Below, in pieces: positions 1 through 7,473 of a DNA stretch of 64,000 bases. Each line of letters opens with the position of its first letter. Position 1 is the first letter of the stretch. Source of the stretch: Abditibacteriaceae bacterium (lineage in GTDB: Bacteria > Armatimonadota > Abditibacteriia > Abditibacteriales > Abditibacteriaceae). The stretch covers positions 1 through 64,000 of the forward strand of contig JANPJS010000143.1 of assembly GCA_031425655.1 (NCBI GenBank), read 5' to 3'. The notes under the pieces were generated by a model. The model searched no databases and was not told where the DNA came from. It was given only the letters and a program-made list of their open reading frames with translations. A program made the translations under genes and the position numbers.

Positions 1-108
1 ATCCGAGATGAATTGAACACCGGGCGTTGGCGCGTCTTCTTGTTAACGAAGTCAAACCCAAACGACTTGCTTCTGGCGCTGCATCGCGCTGATTCCAACT
101 CCCGATGA
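1..108 (+). CDS. 3' end of an unidentified ORF running in from the left edge (possible cassette gene)
   Basis: Frame 1 is open from base 1 to TGA at 106-108 (..IRDELNTGRWRVFLLTKSNPNDLLLALHRADSNSR*) and ends just before an attC-like site. Confidence 0.3.
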   Translation: MRDELNTGRWRVFLLTKSNPNDLLLALHRADSNSR

Positions 109-121
109 CACACCACAACTT

Positions 122-209
122 AACCTATGAGGCGCTGCACCCGACCTCCTACAGCCTGCGCTCGTGCCTCGCTCCGGCTTCCGGCGGCGGGTAAGCTTGG
201 TCGTTCTGC
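122..209 (+). repeat. attC-like imperfect palindrome (degenerate)
   Basis: GAGGCGCTGCACCCGACC...CCGGCGGCGGGTAAGCTTGGTCGTTCTGC shares its arms with the copies at 4718-4797 (-) and 5148-5199 (+). The R'' and R' boxes are decayed. Confidence 0.55.
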
Positions 210-524
210 TGTGACGCGCGGCTTGGCTGCGTGCAATAAAATTAAGTTAATGAAAAACAGACAACAAAGAATGGAGCGAACTTGAAGCGCAAGCGATGTA
301 TTTGCTTGAGCATCCTCATTTGCTGCCTGAACAAAAGGGTTTAGGCAAGTTTCCTCTGGCGTTGCGTCTTTGGCATTATCCGGCGTTTGAGCGTTACACC
401 CTCATGTTACGCAGTGGGATGTGTTAGGCGGATCAACCACTGAGGCATTGAGTCAATCTGAGTCCTGCCCAGAGAGGGCACCTGGAAGAATCTATTTTGC
501 GATCCGCTTAGTTAGTGCAAGCGG

Positions 525-1508
525 TTAGCCATGAGCGATGCTCGTCTTCAATACTTGTGCTGAGTGGTGCAGGCCGGACATCTCGTCCGCGCTCAAATTC
601 AGGTGCAGAATGCGCTCAATGCCGCTACGCCCGACCACACTGGGCAAGCTCAGGCAAACATCGTCCAGCCCCTCGGCATCGTTCATCAGGCTCGAAACAC
701 AAAGCACCGTCTTTTGGTCGCGCAAAATGGCTTCCACGATGCAGGTGAGGCCCGCAGCGATGGCATAATACGTCGCGCCCTTGCGCGGGATAATGAAAGC
801 GGCGGCATCGCGCGCCCGCCCGAAAATCTCGTTTTTGGTCGCCTCGTCAAAATTAATATTCTGCGCCTTCGCCAAATCGCCCAGTTTTACACCGCCGATG
901 CTTGCGCCCGACCAGACCGGCTGGGAACTGTCGCCGTGTTCGCCGATGATGTCGGCGTGAACGCTGCGCGGGTCAACGCCAAAGTGGCGGCTGATTTCAT
1001 AGCGAAAGCGCGCCGTGTCTAAAACCGTGCCCGACCCGATGACGCGGTGCGCGGGCAAGCCGGACAGCTTCTGAGAAACGTAAGTGAGAACATCAACGGG
1101 ATTGGTGGCAATTAGCAGCACACCCTCGAAACCGGAGTTCGTGACGGTAGGAATAATTTGGCCGAATACATCGGTGTTGCGCCGCACCAAATCGAGGCGG
1201 CTTTCGCCCGGTTTTTGAGCCACTCCGGCGCAAATGACGACCACATCCGCCGCTCCGCAGTCGTCGTAACTGCCCGCCCAGATGCGCGTCGCGTGCGAAA
1301 ACGGCATGGCGTGATTCAAGTCCATCGCCTCGCCCTCGGCGCGGGCTTGATTGGCATCAATGAGAACGATTTCGCCGGCCAAACCGCTGAGGAGCAACGA
1401 ATACGCGAAAGTGCTGCCCACCAAACCCGCGCCAATGACAACCACGCGCGCGGGTTTGAAGCGCGATGAAAATGGTTGCTGCGCGAGCGTTGAATGTTGA
1501 GTGTTCAT
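525..1508 (-). CDS. ldh: L-lactate dehydrogenase
   Basis: Motifs GAGLVG (Rossmann), GVAQKPGESRLDL, ATNPVD, GTVLDTARFR, GEHGDS and KGATYY. ATG at 1508 preferred over the track start at 1523. Confidence 0.95.
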   Translation of the reverse strand: MNTQHSTLAQQPFSSRFKPARVVVIGAGLVGSTFAYSLLLSGLAGEIVLIDANQARAEGEAMDLNHAMPFSHATRIWAGSYDDCGAADVVVICAGVAQKPGESRLDLVRRNTDVFGQIIPTVTNSGFEGVLLIATNPVDVLTYVSQKLSGLPAHRVIGSGTVLDTARFRYEISRHFGVDPRSVHADIIGEHGDSSQPVWSGASIGGVKLGDLAKAQNINFDEATKNEIFGRARDAAAFIIPRKGATYYAIAAGLTCIVEAILRDQKTVLCVSSLMNDAEGLDDVCLSLPSVVGRSGIERILHLNLSADEMSGLHHSAQVLKTSIAHG

Positions 1509-1640
1509 AGGTTCTACAGTCAAGCACCTTTATCAGGCGGCTGCGCGCGGCTTGGATGAACGCACGAGATTGAAAGGGGAACCTGATACTATGGATATGC
1601 GTTGAGCCTCGCAATGAAATAAGTCGGGCCACAATCAGAA

Positions 1641-1737
1641 CCGAAGGGGAGTAGCATCTGCCGATGGGCAGAGGTAAACATCGTCAATTCGCTCATTCAT
1701 TTTGAGCCGGTGTTCACCATCAAAAGCGAGACCTTCA
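1641..1737 (+). ncRNA. yybP-ykoY (Mn2+-sensing) riboswitch aptamer
   Basis: AAGGGGAGTAGC...CGTCAAT...GCCGG...GCGAGACCTT pattern with a P1 pairing GAAGG/CCTTC. It lies upstream of a TerC gene, the classical context. Confidence 0.85.
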
Positions 1738-1764
1738 CCGCCACTTGGCGGTGAAGGTTTTTTT
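1731..1764 (+). terminator. Riboswitch expression-platform intrinsic terminator
   Basis: ACCTTCACCGCCA-CT-TGGCGGTGAAGGT followed by a T-run. It overlaps the 3' strand of aptamer P1. Confidence 0.85.
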
Positions 1765-1802
1765 GTGGCTGGCTTAAATCAACTTTTTAGAGGAGACCGC
1801 AA

Positions 1803-2129
1803 ATGAAATGTCCGGTGTGTTTGGAAATCAACCTTGTCATGACCGACCGGCAAGGAATCGAATTGGACTATTGTCCACAGTGTCGCGGCGTTTGGTTAGA
1901 TCGGGGCGAGTTGGACAAAATCATCGAACGCTCCGCCGCGCCAGTCGCACAGCCGCCAGCGGCGTGGCAGCAGCCGGAACCGCAGCAGCGCATTCCGCAA
2001 CAGCGCATTGCGCCGCAAAACCAGCCTTATCAGGAGCGCCGCGATTATGACGATGACGACGATGATTATCGTCATCATGGCAAGAAGAAAAAGCGGGGCG
2101 GCTTTTTAGGCGAGTTGTTCGATTTCTGA
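1803..2129 (+). CDS. zf-TFIIB-type zinc-ribbon protein
   Basis: MKCPVC...IELDYCPQCRGVWLDRGELDKI, low-complexity linker, and KKKKRGGFLGELFDF tail. RBS AGGAG. Confidence 0.85.
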   Translation: MKCPVCLEINLVMTDRQGIELDYCPQCRGVWLDRGELDKIIERSAAPVAQPPAAWQQPEPQQRIPQQRIAPQNQPYQERRDYDDDDDDYRHHGKKKKRGGFLGELFDF

Positions 2130-2232
2130 TGTTATTTGGCTTACGCTTTCTCACCGTGTTATTTGAACTGCAACTTGGACGGTGCGCCGAAATCTTCGGC
2201 GCACCGTCCACGCCTTGAACCAAAGGAAATTT

Positions 2233-3171
2233 ATGCCTGAAGGAAGTTGGTTGTGGATTGGTTTCAACCTGTTCGTGTTGGCAATGCTGGCGCTTGACTT
2301 AGGTGTTTTTCATCGCAAGGCGCACGAGGTCAAAGTCAAAGAAGCGCTGGCGTGGAGCGCGGTTTGGATTACGTTGGCCTTAGTATTCAATGCGATTATC
2401 TGGCGTTGGCGCGGCCCGGAAGTCGGGATGGAGTTTCTTACGGGCTATCTGATTGAGAAGGCGTTGAGTGTGGACAACATCTTCGTCTTCATCATGATTT
2501 TCGCTTACTTCAAAGTTCCCGCGTTGCTTCAACACAAAGTGCTTTTCTGGGGCATTATCAGCGCCCTGATAATGCGCGCCGCCTGCATCGCTGCCGGAAT
2601 CACTTTGCTCAAGCAATTTCACTGGTTGATTTATGTTTTCGGCGCGTTCCTCATCATCACCGGAATCAAGATGGCAGTGAGCAAAGGCAAGGAAATCGAC
2701 CCCGGCAAAAACCCGCTGCTCAAAGGACTTGGCCGCATAATGCCCATCACCGAAGAGTATCACGGCGATAAATTTTTTATCCGGCGCGATGCGCGCTTGT
2801 GGGCCACACCGCTTTTTGTGGCGCTGATTTTCGTCGAACTGACCGACCTCATTTTCGCCGTTGATTCGATTCCGGCCATCTTGTCTATCACGCAAGACCC
2901 GTTTATCGTTTATACCTCAAACGTGTTCGCCATTTTGGGCTTGCGTTCGCTGTATTTCGCTTTGTCCGGCATCATGGGATTGTTTCATTACCTGCACTTC
3001 GGCTTGTCGGCGGTGCTGGTTTTCGTGGGCACAAAGATGATGCTGGCCGATATTTACAAGATTCCGATTGGTGTTTCCCTTGCCGTTATCGCCGGCATTT
3101 TGCTGCTCTCCGTCCTCCTGTCGCTGGCCCGGCCACAGCCCTCAGACGGAGAAACCTCCAACGTGCATTGA
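2233..3171 (+). CDS. terC: TerC/Alx family membrane protein (Mn2+ homeostasis)
   Basis: Motifs GYLIEKALSVDNIFVF, DLIFAVDSIPA and SNVFAILGLRSLYF. ATG 2233 follows AAGGAA. Confidence 0.92.
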   Translation: MPEGSWLWIGFNLFVLAMLALDLGVFHRKAHEVKVKEALAWSAVWITLALVFNAIIWRWRGPEVGMEFLTGYLIEKALSVDNIFVFIMIFAYFKVPALLQHKVLFWGIISALIMRAACIAAGITLLKQFHWLIYVFGAFLIITGIKMAVSKGKEIDPGKNPLLKGLGRIMPITEEYHGDKFFIRRDARLWATPLFVALIFVELTDLIFAVDSIPAILSITQDPFIVYTSNVFAILGLRSLYFALSGIMGLFHYLHFGLSAVLVFVGTKMMLADIYKIPIGVSLAVIAGILLLSVLLSLARPQPSDGETSNVH

Positions 3172-3216
3172 AAACGGCGGCACGGCAGATGAAATAGAAT
3201 CAAGTCGAATACTTTT

Positions 3217-4194
3217 ATGAATTTAGACCTCGTTTTATCCAATCTGCTGAATCCGCCGGTCTTGTTCTTTTTTCTGGGAATGCTGGCGGTTTGGCTCCGT
3301 TCCGACTTGGACGTTCCGCAGCCTCTGCCCAAATTCTTCTCGCTTTACCTGTTGCTTTCCATTGGGTTCAAGGGCGGAGTCGAACTGCACAAAAGCGGCA
3401 TCAACAGTCAAATTGTGCTGACCCTTTTGGGCGCGATGTCAGCCGCATTGTTGGTGCCGTTTTACACCTTCTTCGTTTTGCGCCGCAAGCTGCCTGTCGG
3501 TGATGCGGCGGCGGTTGCAGCGACTTACGGGTCGGTGAGCGCCGTTACTTTCATCGCGGCCACATCGTTTCTGAGCGAGTTGAAAGTGCCCTTTGGCGGG
3601 CATATGGTCGCGGCAATGGCGTTGATGGAATCGCCGGCCATCATCGTTGGAGTCGTCTTGTTCCGGCTTTCCCCAAAAAGCGGCGAATCCCAAAGCGAGG
3701 CGCTGAACTGGCATCATTTGATGCGCGATGCTTTTTTCAACGGCTCGGTTTTGCTGCTGATTGGCAGTCTTGCCATCGGTTTGCTGACGGGAGAAAAAGG
3801 CGAAGCGGCTCTGCACCCGTTTACCGGCGACATCTTCAAAGGAATACTTTGTTTGTTCCTGCTCGACATGGGTTTGGTCAGCGCACGCCGCATATCCGGT
3901 TTGAAAAAACTGGGAACTTTTCCCATCGGCTTTGCAGTTCTGGTGCCTCTGGTTAATGCGGGATTTGGCATTCTCATCGCTCATTTTCTGGGTCTGGGCG
4001 CAGGCGACGCGCTTTTGTTTTGTGTTTTGTGTGGCAGCGCTTCCTACATTGCGGTTCCCGCCGCGATGCGACTGGCGATTCCCGAAGCGAACCCCGGCCT
4101 GTATGTCACAATGGCTTTGGCACTGACTTTTCCATTCAATATCATCGTTGGCCTTCCGCTTTACATGAGCGTGATTAACAGCCTGTGGAGGTAA
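3217..4194 (+). CDS. sbtA: Sodium-dependent bicarbonate transport family permease (SbtA-like)
   Basis: Motifs YLLLSIGFKGG, YGSVSAVTF, MESPAI, SASYIAVPAA and TFPFNI; about 10 TM segments. Confidence 0.88.
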   Translation: MNLDLVLSNLLNPPVLFFFLGMLAVWLRSDLDVPQPLPKFFSLYLLLSIGFKGGVELHKSGINSQIVLTLLGAMSAALLVPFYTFFVLRRKLPVGDAAAVAATYGSVSAVTFIAATSFLSELKVPFGGHMVAAMALMESPAIIVGVVLFRLSPKSGESQSEALNWHHLMRDAFFNGSVLLLIGSLAIGLLTGEKGEAALHPFTGDIFKGILCLFLLDMGLVSARRISGLKKLGTFPIGFAVLVPLVNAGFGILIAHFLGLGAGDALLFCVLCGSASYIAVPAAMRLAIPEANPGLYVTMALALTFPFNIIVGLPLYMSVINSLWR

Positions 4195-4196
4195 AA

Positions 4197-4490
4197 ATGC
4201 AAGTTGTCAAAAAAATTGAAATCATCACCGATACGCTGGAAATGAACGAAGTGAGCGCCGTTTTGGAAGCTCACGGCATTTCGGGCTACACCGTCATTAA
4301 AGATGTCACCGGCAAGGGCGAACGCGGCGTCCAGTCCGGCGACGACCTCACGGATGTCTTCAAAAACAGTTACTTATTAACGACTTGTGCGCCGGAACAA
4401 GTTGGGGAAATCGTTGAAGCGATTCGCCCCTTGCTCAAAAGGCGCGGTGGCGTGTGCCTGATTTCCGACGCCCACTGGGTTGTGCATTAA
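4197..4490 (+). CDS. sbtB: P-II family regulator (SbtB-like)
   Basis: KKIEIIT...GISGYTVIKDVTGKGERG...GGVCLISD, directly downstream of sbtA. Confidence 0.85.
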   Translation: MQVVKKIEIITDTLEMNEVSAVLEAHGISGYTVIKDVTGKGERGVQSGDDLTDVFKNSYLLTTCAPEQVGEIVEAIRPLLKRRGGVCLISDAHWVVH

Positions 4491-4569
4491 AAATCGAAAC
4501 GCTTTGACGCACCGCATCTTCTCCTGACCACCAAAGGAGCGGGCCTCCAAAATACTTTGGAGGCCCACC

Positions 4570-4689
4570 GCTTAAAAGCAGGGTGTAGGCGAATGTGCTG
4601 CCCACAAAACCCGCGCCAATAACAGCGACGCGCGCGGGTTTGAACTGCATTTGATGCGGTTGTTGAATTGTCGAAGGTTGGTGGTTCAT
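4570..4689 (-). pseudogene. Orphan 5' fragment of ldh
   Basis: Encodes MNHQPSTIQQPHQMQFKPARVAVIGAGFVGSTFAYTLLLSG, closely matching the ldh N-terminus, then homology stops at a hairpin (~4540-4571). Confidence 0.85.
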
Positions 4690-4717
4690 GGACGTGAAAT
4701 CAGATGATTATGTGCCA

Positions 4718-4797
4718 CCAAGCTTACCCGCCGCCGGAAACCGGAGTAAGGCACGAGCACAAGCTGCAAAAGGTCGGAGATAGCGCCTTGTTGTGCT
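4718..4797 (-). repeat. attC-like site, inverted and truncated at R'
   Basis: Minus strand reads GCACAACAAGGCGCTATCTCCGACC...CCGGCGGCGGGTAAGCTTGG, homologous to 122-209. Confidence 0.55.
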
Positions 4798-4904
4798 GCG
4801 CTTACTGCATCATGGCGCAAAGGGAGTGCGGTCGAAATAAGGCGTCCTTATTTCATTTGGCCCCGCTGTTTGCTTTGGCTCCGAATGGGCTTACACTCAT
4901 AGAT

Positions 4905-5132
4905 ATGGAAAATGAGGAGAAGAAGAACATTGTAAGAGGGGTTCACGCTTGTTGTATAGGTTCTTGTCTCGGCTCGGTCGCCACATTTGTCCTTTCAATG
5001 GCGCTTATGGTGTTCTTTCGGGGAAAGCCACCATTCAACGAAATTGATCTTGTCTTTTACTTATTCATCGGTTTTATATCTGGTGGAGTGTTGGGATTCA
5101 TACTTTACGCGGCCAAAAAGCGCAGACATTAA
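4905..5132 (+). CDS. Small two-TM hypothetical protein, AT-rich, cassette-like
   Basis: 75 aa (MENEEKKNIV...AAKKRRH) with two hydrophobic segments. TACACT lies 7 nt before the ATG, and an attC-like site follows. Confidence 0.55.
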   Translation: MENEEKKNIVRGVHACCIGSCLGSVATFVLSMALMVFFRGKPPFNEIDLVFYLFIGFISGGVLGFILYAAKKRRH

Positions 5133-5147
5133 AACGCCCCAACAGCA

Positions 5148-5199
5148 GCACAACAAGGCACTGCACCCGACCGGCGGCGGGCGAGCTTGGTCGTTAGGC
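5148..5199 (+). repeat. attC-like site (short form)
   Basis: GCACAAC...GTTAGGC ends (R''-like and R' GTTRRRY) with the internal arms CACCCGACC / GGCGGGCGAG. It sits inside a longer stem spanning ~5130-5218. Confidence 0.65.
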
Positions 5200-5214
5200 C
5201 GCTGTTGGGACGTT

Positions 5215-6441
5215 TTAGCTGTGTCCCGTTTCCTCGACGCCAACTAAAAGCGACGTGTCATCCTCACTTTCCGCGCTTTCGGGTTCGTCTGGTTCGCCCG
5301 ACAAAAGCATCCCTAAAACCGGCGGCGCGATAACGGAAGTTATCAGCGACATGGCGATAATAATCGCGTAGGTTTTGCCGGTGAAAACTCCGGCTTGTTG
5401 CCCCAGACTCGCCACGATAATGCCAACTTCGCCGCGCGGCACCATGCCTGTTCCAACGATGAGAGCGGACTTGCGGCCAAGCGACAAAGCCCCCAGACCG
5501 CAGCCGATAACTTTGCCCGCGATTGCCAACAAGGTAACGACAACCAAAGCGCCGAGCGTGGCGAAATTGCCCAACTCGCCCAAATCAACCTTGGTGCCTG
5601 TGACCACAAAGAAGAACGGAACCAGAAACGCCATAATCGGCTGCAACTGCGTTTCCAGCGTGTGGCGCTGCTGCGTTTCGGCGGCGACCATGCCCGCTAA
5701 AAAAGCGCCGATAATCGCCGCCAGACCCAAATAAGAAGCCGCGAACGCGAGCGCCAGACAAAGCGATAAGCAGATAGTGAGCGGCGAAAGCGGGCTAATC
5801 GGCGCTTCTAACAACGGCGAGGACTTGCGTGCGATGCGAGTGCCGACCAGCGCGACGAGAATCACAAAACCAACGGCCTGAACCAAAACCACCAGCAAAG
5901 CGGTGATATTGACGCTCCCTCCGCCCTGCAACGCCGTTACGACGCCCAAAAGCAGCATGGCGAGAATGTCGTCAATGACCGCCGCGCCCAAAATAACGCG
6001 GCTGACGGTGCGGCTCAGCACACCCATGTCCTGCAAAACCCGCGCGGTGATGCCGGCGGAAGTGGCGACAAAAGCGGCAGCGACAAATAACGACTTGGGA
6101 GTATCGAACCCGCTCAACTTCGCCCATACCGCGCCCAACACAAACGGCAGCACGACGCCGCCGACACCGACCAGAGTGGCGACGCGACCAACCTTTTTCA
6201 AGTCGCCAATGCGCGTTTCCAGACCAACCGCAAAAAGCAGCAGAACAGCGCCGATTTCGGCCAGCACTTCCAATGGCTCATTGACTTTGACCCAACCCAA
6301 AACCGATGAGCCGACAATGCAGCCCGCCGCGATTTCGCCCACGACGGCGGGCAATTTCAAGCGTTGCGCGATTTCGGCCCCGATTTGGGCCGCGACGAAA
6401 ACGATGAGAAGCCCTAAAAAGACTTCGGTGACGTGGTTCAA
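5215..6441 (-). CDS. Cation:proton antiporter (CPA2, NapA/Kef-like)
   Basis: Motifs LLLFAVGLET, ATSAGIT, AAVIDD, IGAFLAG and GMVPRGEV. TTG start follows GGAGAG. Confidence 0.92.
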   Translation of the reverse strand: MNHVTEVFLGLLIVFVAAQIGAEIAQRLKLPAVVGEIAAGCIVGSSVLGWVKVNEPLEVLAEIGAVLLLFAVGLETRIGDLKKVGRVATLVGVGGVVLPFVLGAVWAKLSGFDTPKSLFVAAAFVATSAGITARVLQDMGVLSRTVSRVILGAAVIDDILAMLLLGVVTALQGGGSVNITALLVVLVQAVGFVILVALVGTRIARKSSPLLEAPISPLSPLTICLSLCLALAFAASYLGLAAIIGAFLAGMVAAETQQRHTLETQLQPIMAFLVPFFFVVTGTKVDLGELGNFATLGALVVVTLLAIAGKVIGCGLGALSLGRKSALIVGTGMVPRGEVGIIVASLGQQAGVFTGKTYAIIIAMSLITSVIAPPVLGMLLSGEPDEPESAESEDDTSLLVGVEETGHS

Positions 6442-6563
6442 TTCACTCTCCGTTTGGAACTCTCACATCAGATTACTGCGTTTGCCTCTTGTTTCCCAAC
6501 GGCGACAACGACACGCCACAAGCCAAACCAATCGCTGAAAAACATGATTTATCCCTATTTCTG

Positions 6564-6932
6564 TCACCGGGCATTGAAATACCCGGCCAGTGCTACAGAT
6601 GTCCTTTGGGGAGCAATGCGTTTGCCCTGCCTTGCGGCTCGCTTCGGGCCAAAAGACGCAGCGTTTGCTGAAAGCAGCACGTCGCGCGGCGTAAACGGCG
6701 GCACCGCTCGCGGGCGCTCGACCAACTGCTGCAAGCGCCGGTTGATGCGCGCCGCCCGCTGCGTGGCCGTTGCCGTGCCGCTGGCCGTCACCTCGAAGAG
6801 CCGTCGCCCTTCGACGCGCACCGGCGCGGTGGCCGCCTCTTCCTTCGCTTCCTGCGCACGCAAGGGCGCAGAAGCGACGATGAAGGCGAACAGGCAGAAG
6901 AGCAGATTGCGTTGCGGAGTTTTTCTTTTCAT
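6564..6932 (-). pseudogene. Probable truncated N-terminus of a large MscS-type or periplasmic protein
   Basis: Signal peptide followed by APVRVEGRRLFEV...QRAARINRRL, then the frame runs into a MITE-like terminus at ~6612-6629. Confidence 0.4.
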
Positions 6933-7022
6933 AGCAGGCAAAATTGCGAACCCAGAGCCTTGCCCAGAGGGCACCCAGCGACGGGCTTTTGGCGGCATCT
7001 TAGCCCGTCGCTCTGGGTTCGC

Positions 7023-7187
7023 TTACACCTCGCGCTTGAATTTCGAGGCCAGAAAGCGAAGCGCAATCACCACAATGGCCGCGAACAGCAGCAGATGCAC
7101 CAGCGGGCTGATGATGTATTTAAAGATGAACCCAATCGCCCACAGCACCACTAAAACCGCCGCCACGACATAAAGCATTCTCGACAT
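7023..7187 (-). CDS. lmo0937/DUF5670-like small membrane protein (54 aa, not in ORF track)
   Basis: MSRMLYVVAAVLVVLWAIGFIFKYIISPLVHLLLFAAIVVIALRFLASKFKREV. Strong RBS AAGGAG. Confidence 0.75.
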   Translation of the reverse strand: MSRMLYVVAAVLVVLWAIGFIFKYIISPLVHLLLFAAIVVIALRFLASKFKREV

Positions 7188-7215
7188 GATGTTTCTCCTT
7201 TCGTCCGTCAGCGCA

Positions 7216-7288
7216 TCACTTGTGCTTCCACTTCAACGGAAACTCGGCTTCTTCCTCGTCGCCTTCGTGTTCGATGTTGATGACGGCG
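7216..7288 (-). pseudogene. C-terminal remnant of an amphi-Trp domain protein
   Basis: Minus strand reads [23 protein letters not shown], resembling the IEHE..DEEE.EFQ.KW ending of that family. No matching 5' part. Confidence 0.5.
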
Positions 7289-7420
7289 ACGGCGGGTTAC
7301 CGCGTGGGATACGATAATACTGCACACTTTAGCCGCGAATACAATCGCCTCTTTGGTGCCCTGCCGCTGCGCGATTTGGAACGTCTCCGCGAAGCCGTTG
7401 AAGTCGGCACAGATGTCTAA
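7285..7420 (+). pseudogene. C-terminal remnant of an AraC-family regulator
   Basis: [28 protein letters not shown] is the second HTH of AraC/YqhC-like proteins. The rest of the gene is missing. Confidence 0.7.
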
Positions 7421-7473
7421 TTCCTATCAAGCCGCGCGCCGCTTTATATTCCGATTCGTTTGATGCACTGTTT

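Noticed and set aside
4704..4904. N-terminal extension of the 4704-5132 ORF
   Set aside because: It translates an attC-like repeat. The real start is more likely ATG 4905.
6960..6976. TGCCCAGAGGGCACC mini-hairpin also present at ~56263-56277
   Set aside because: Only two short copies were seen, too little to define an element within this window.
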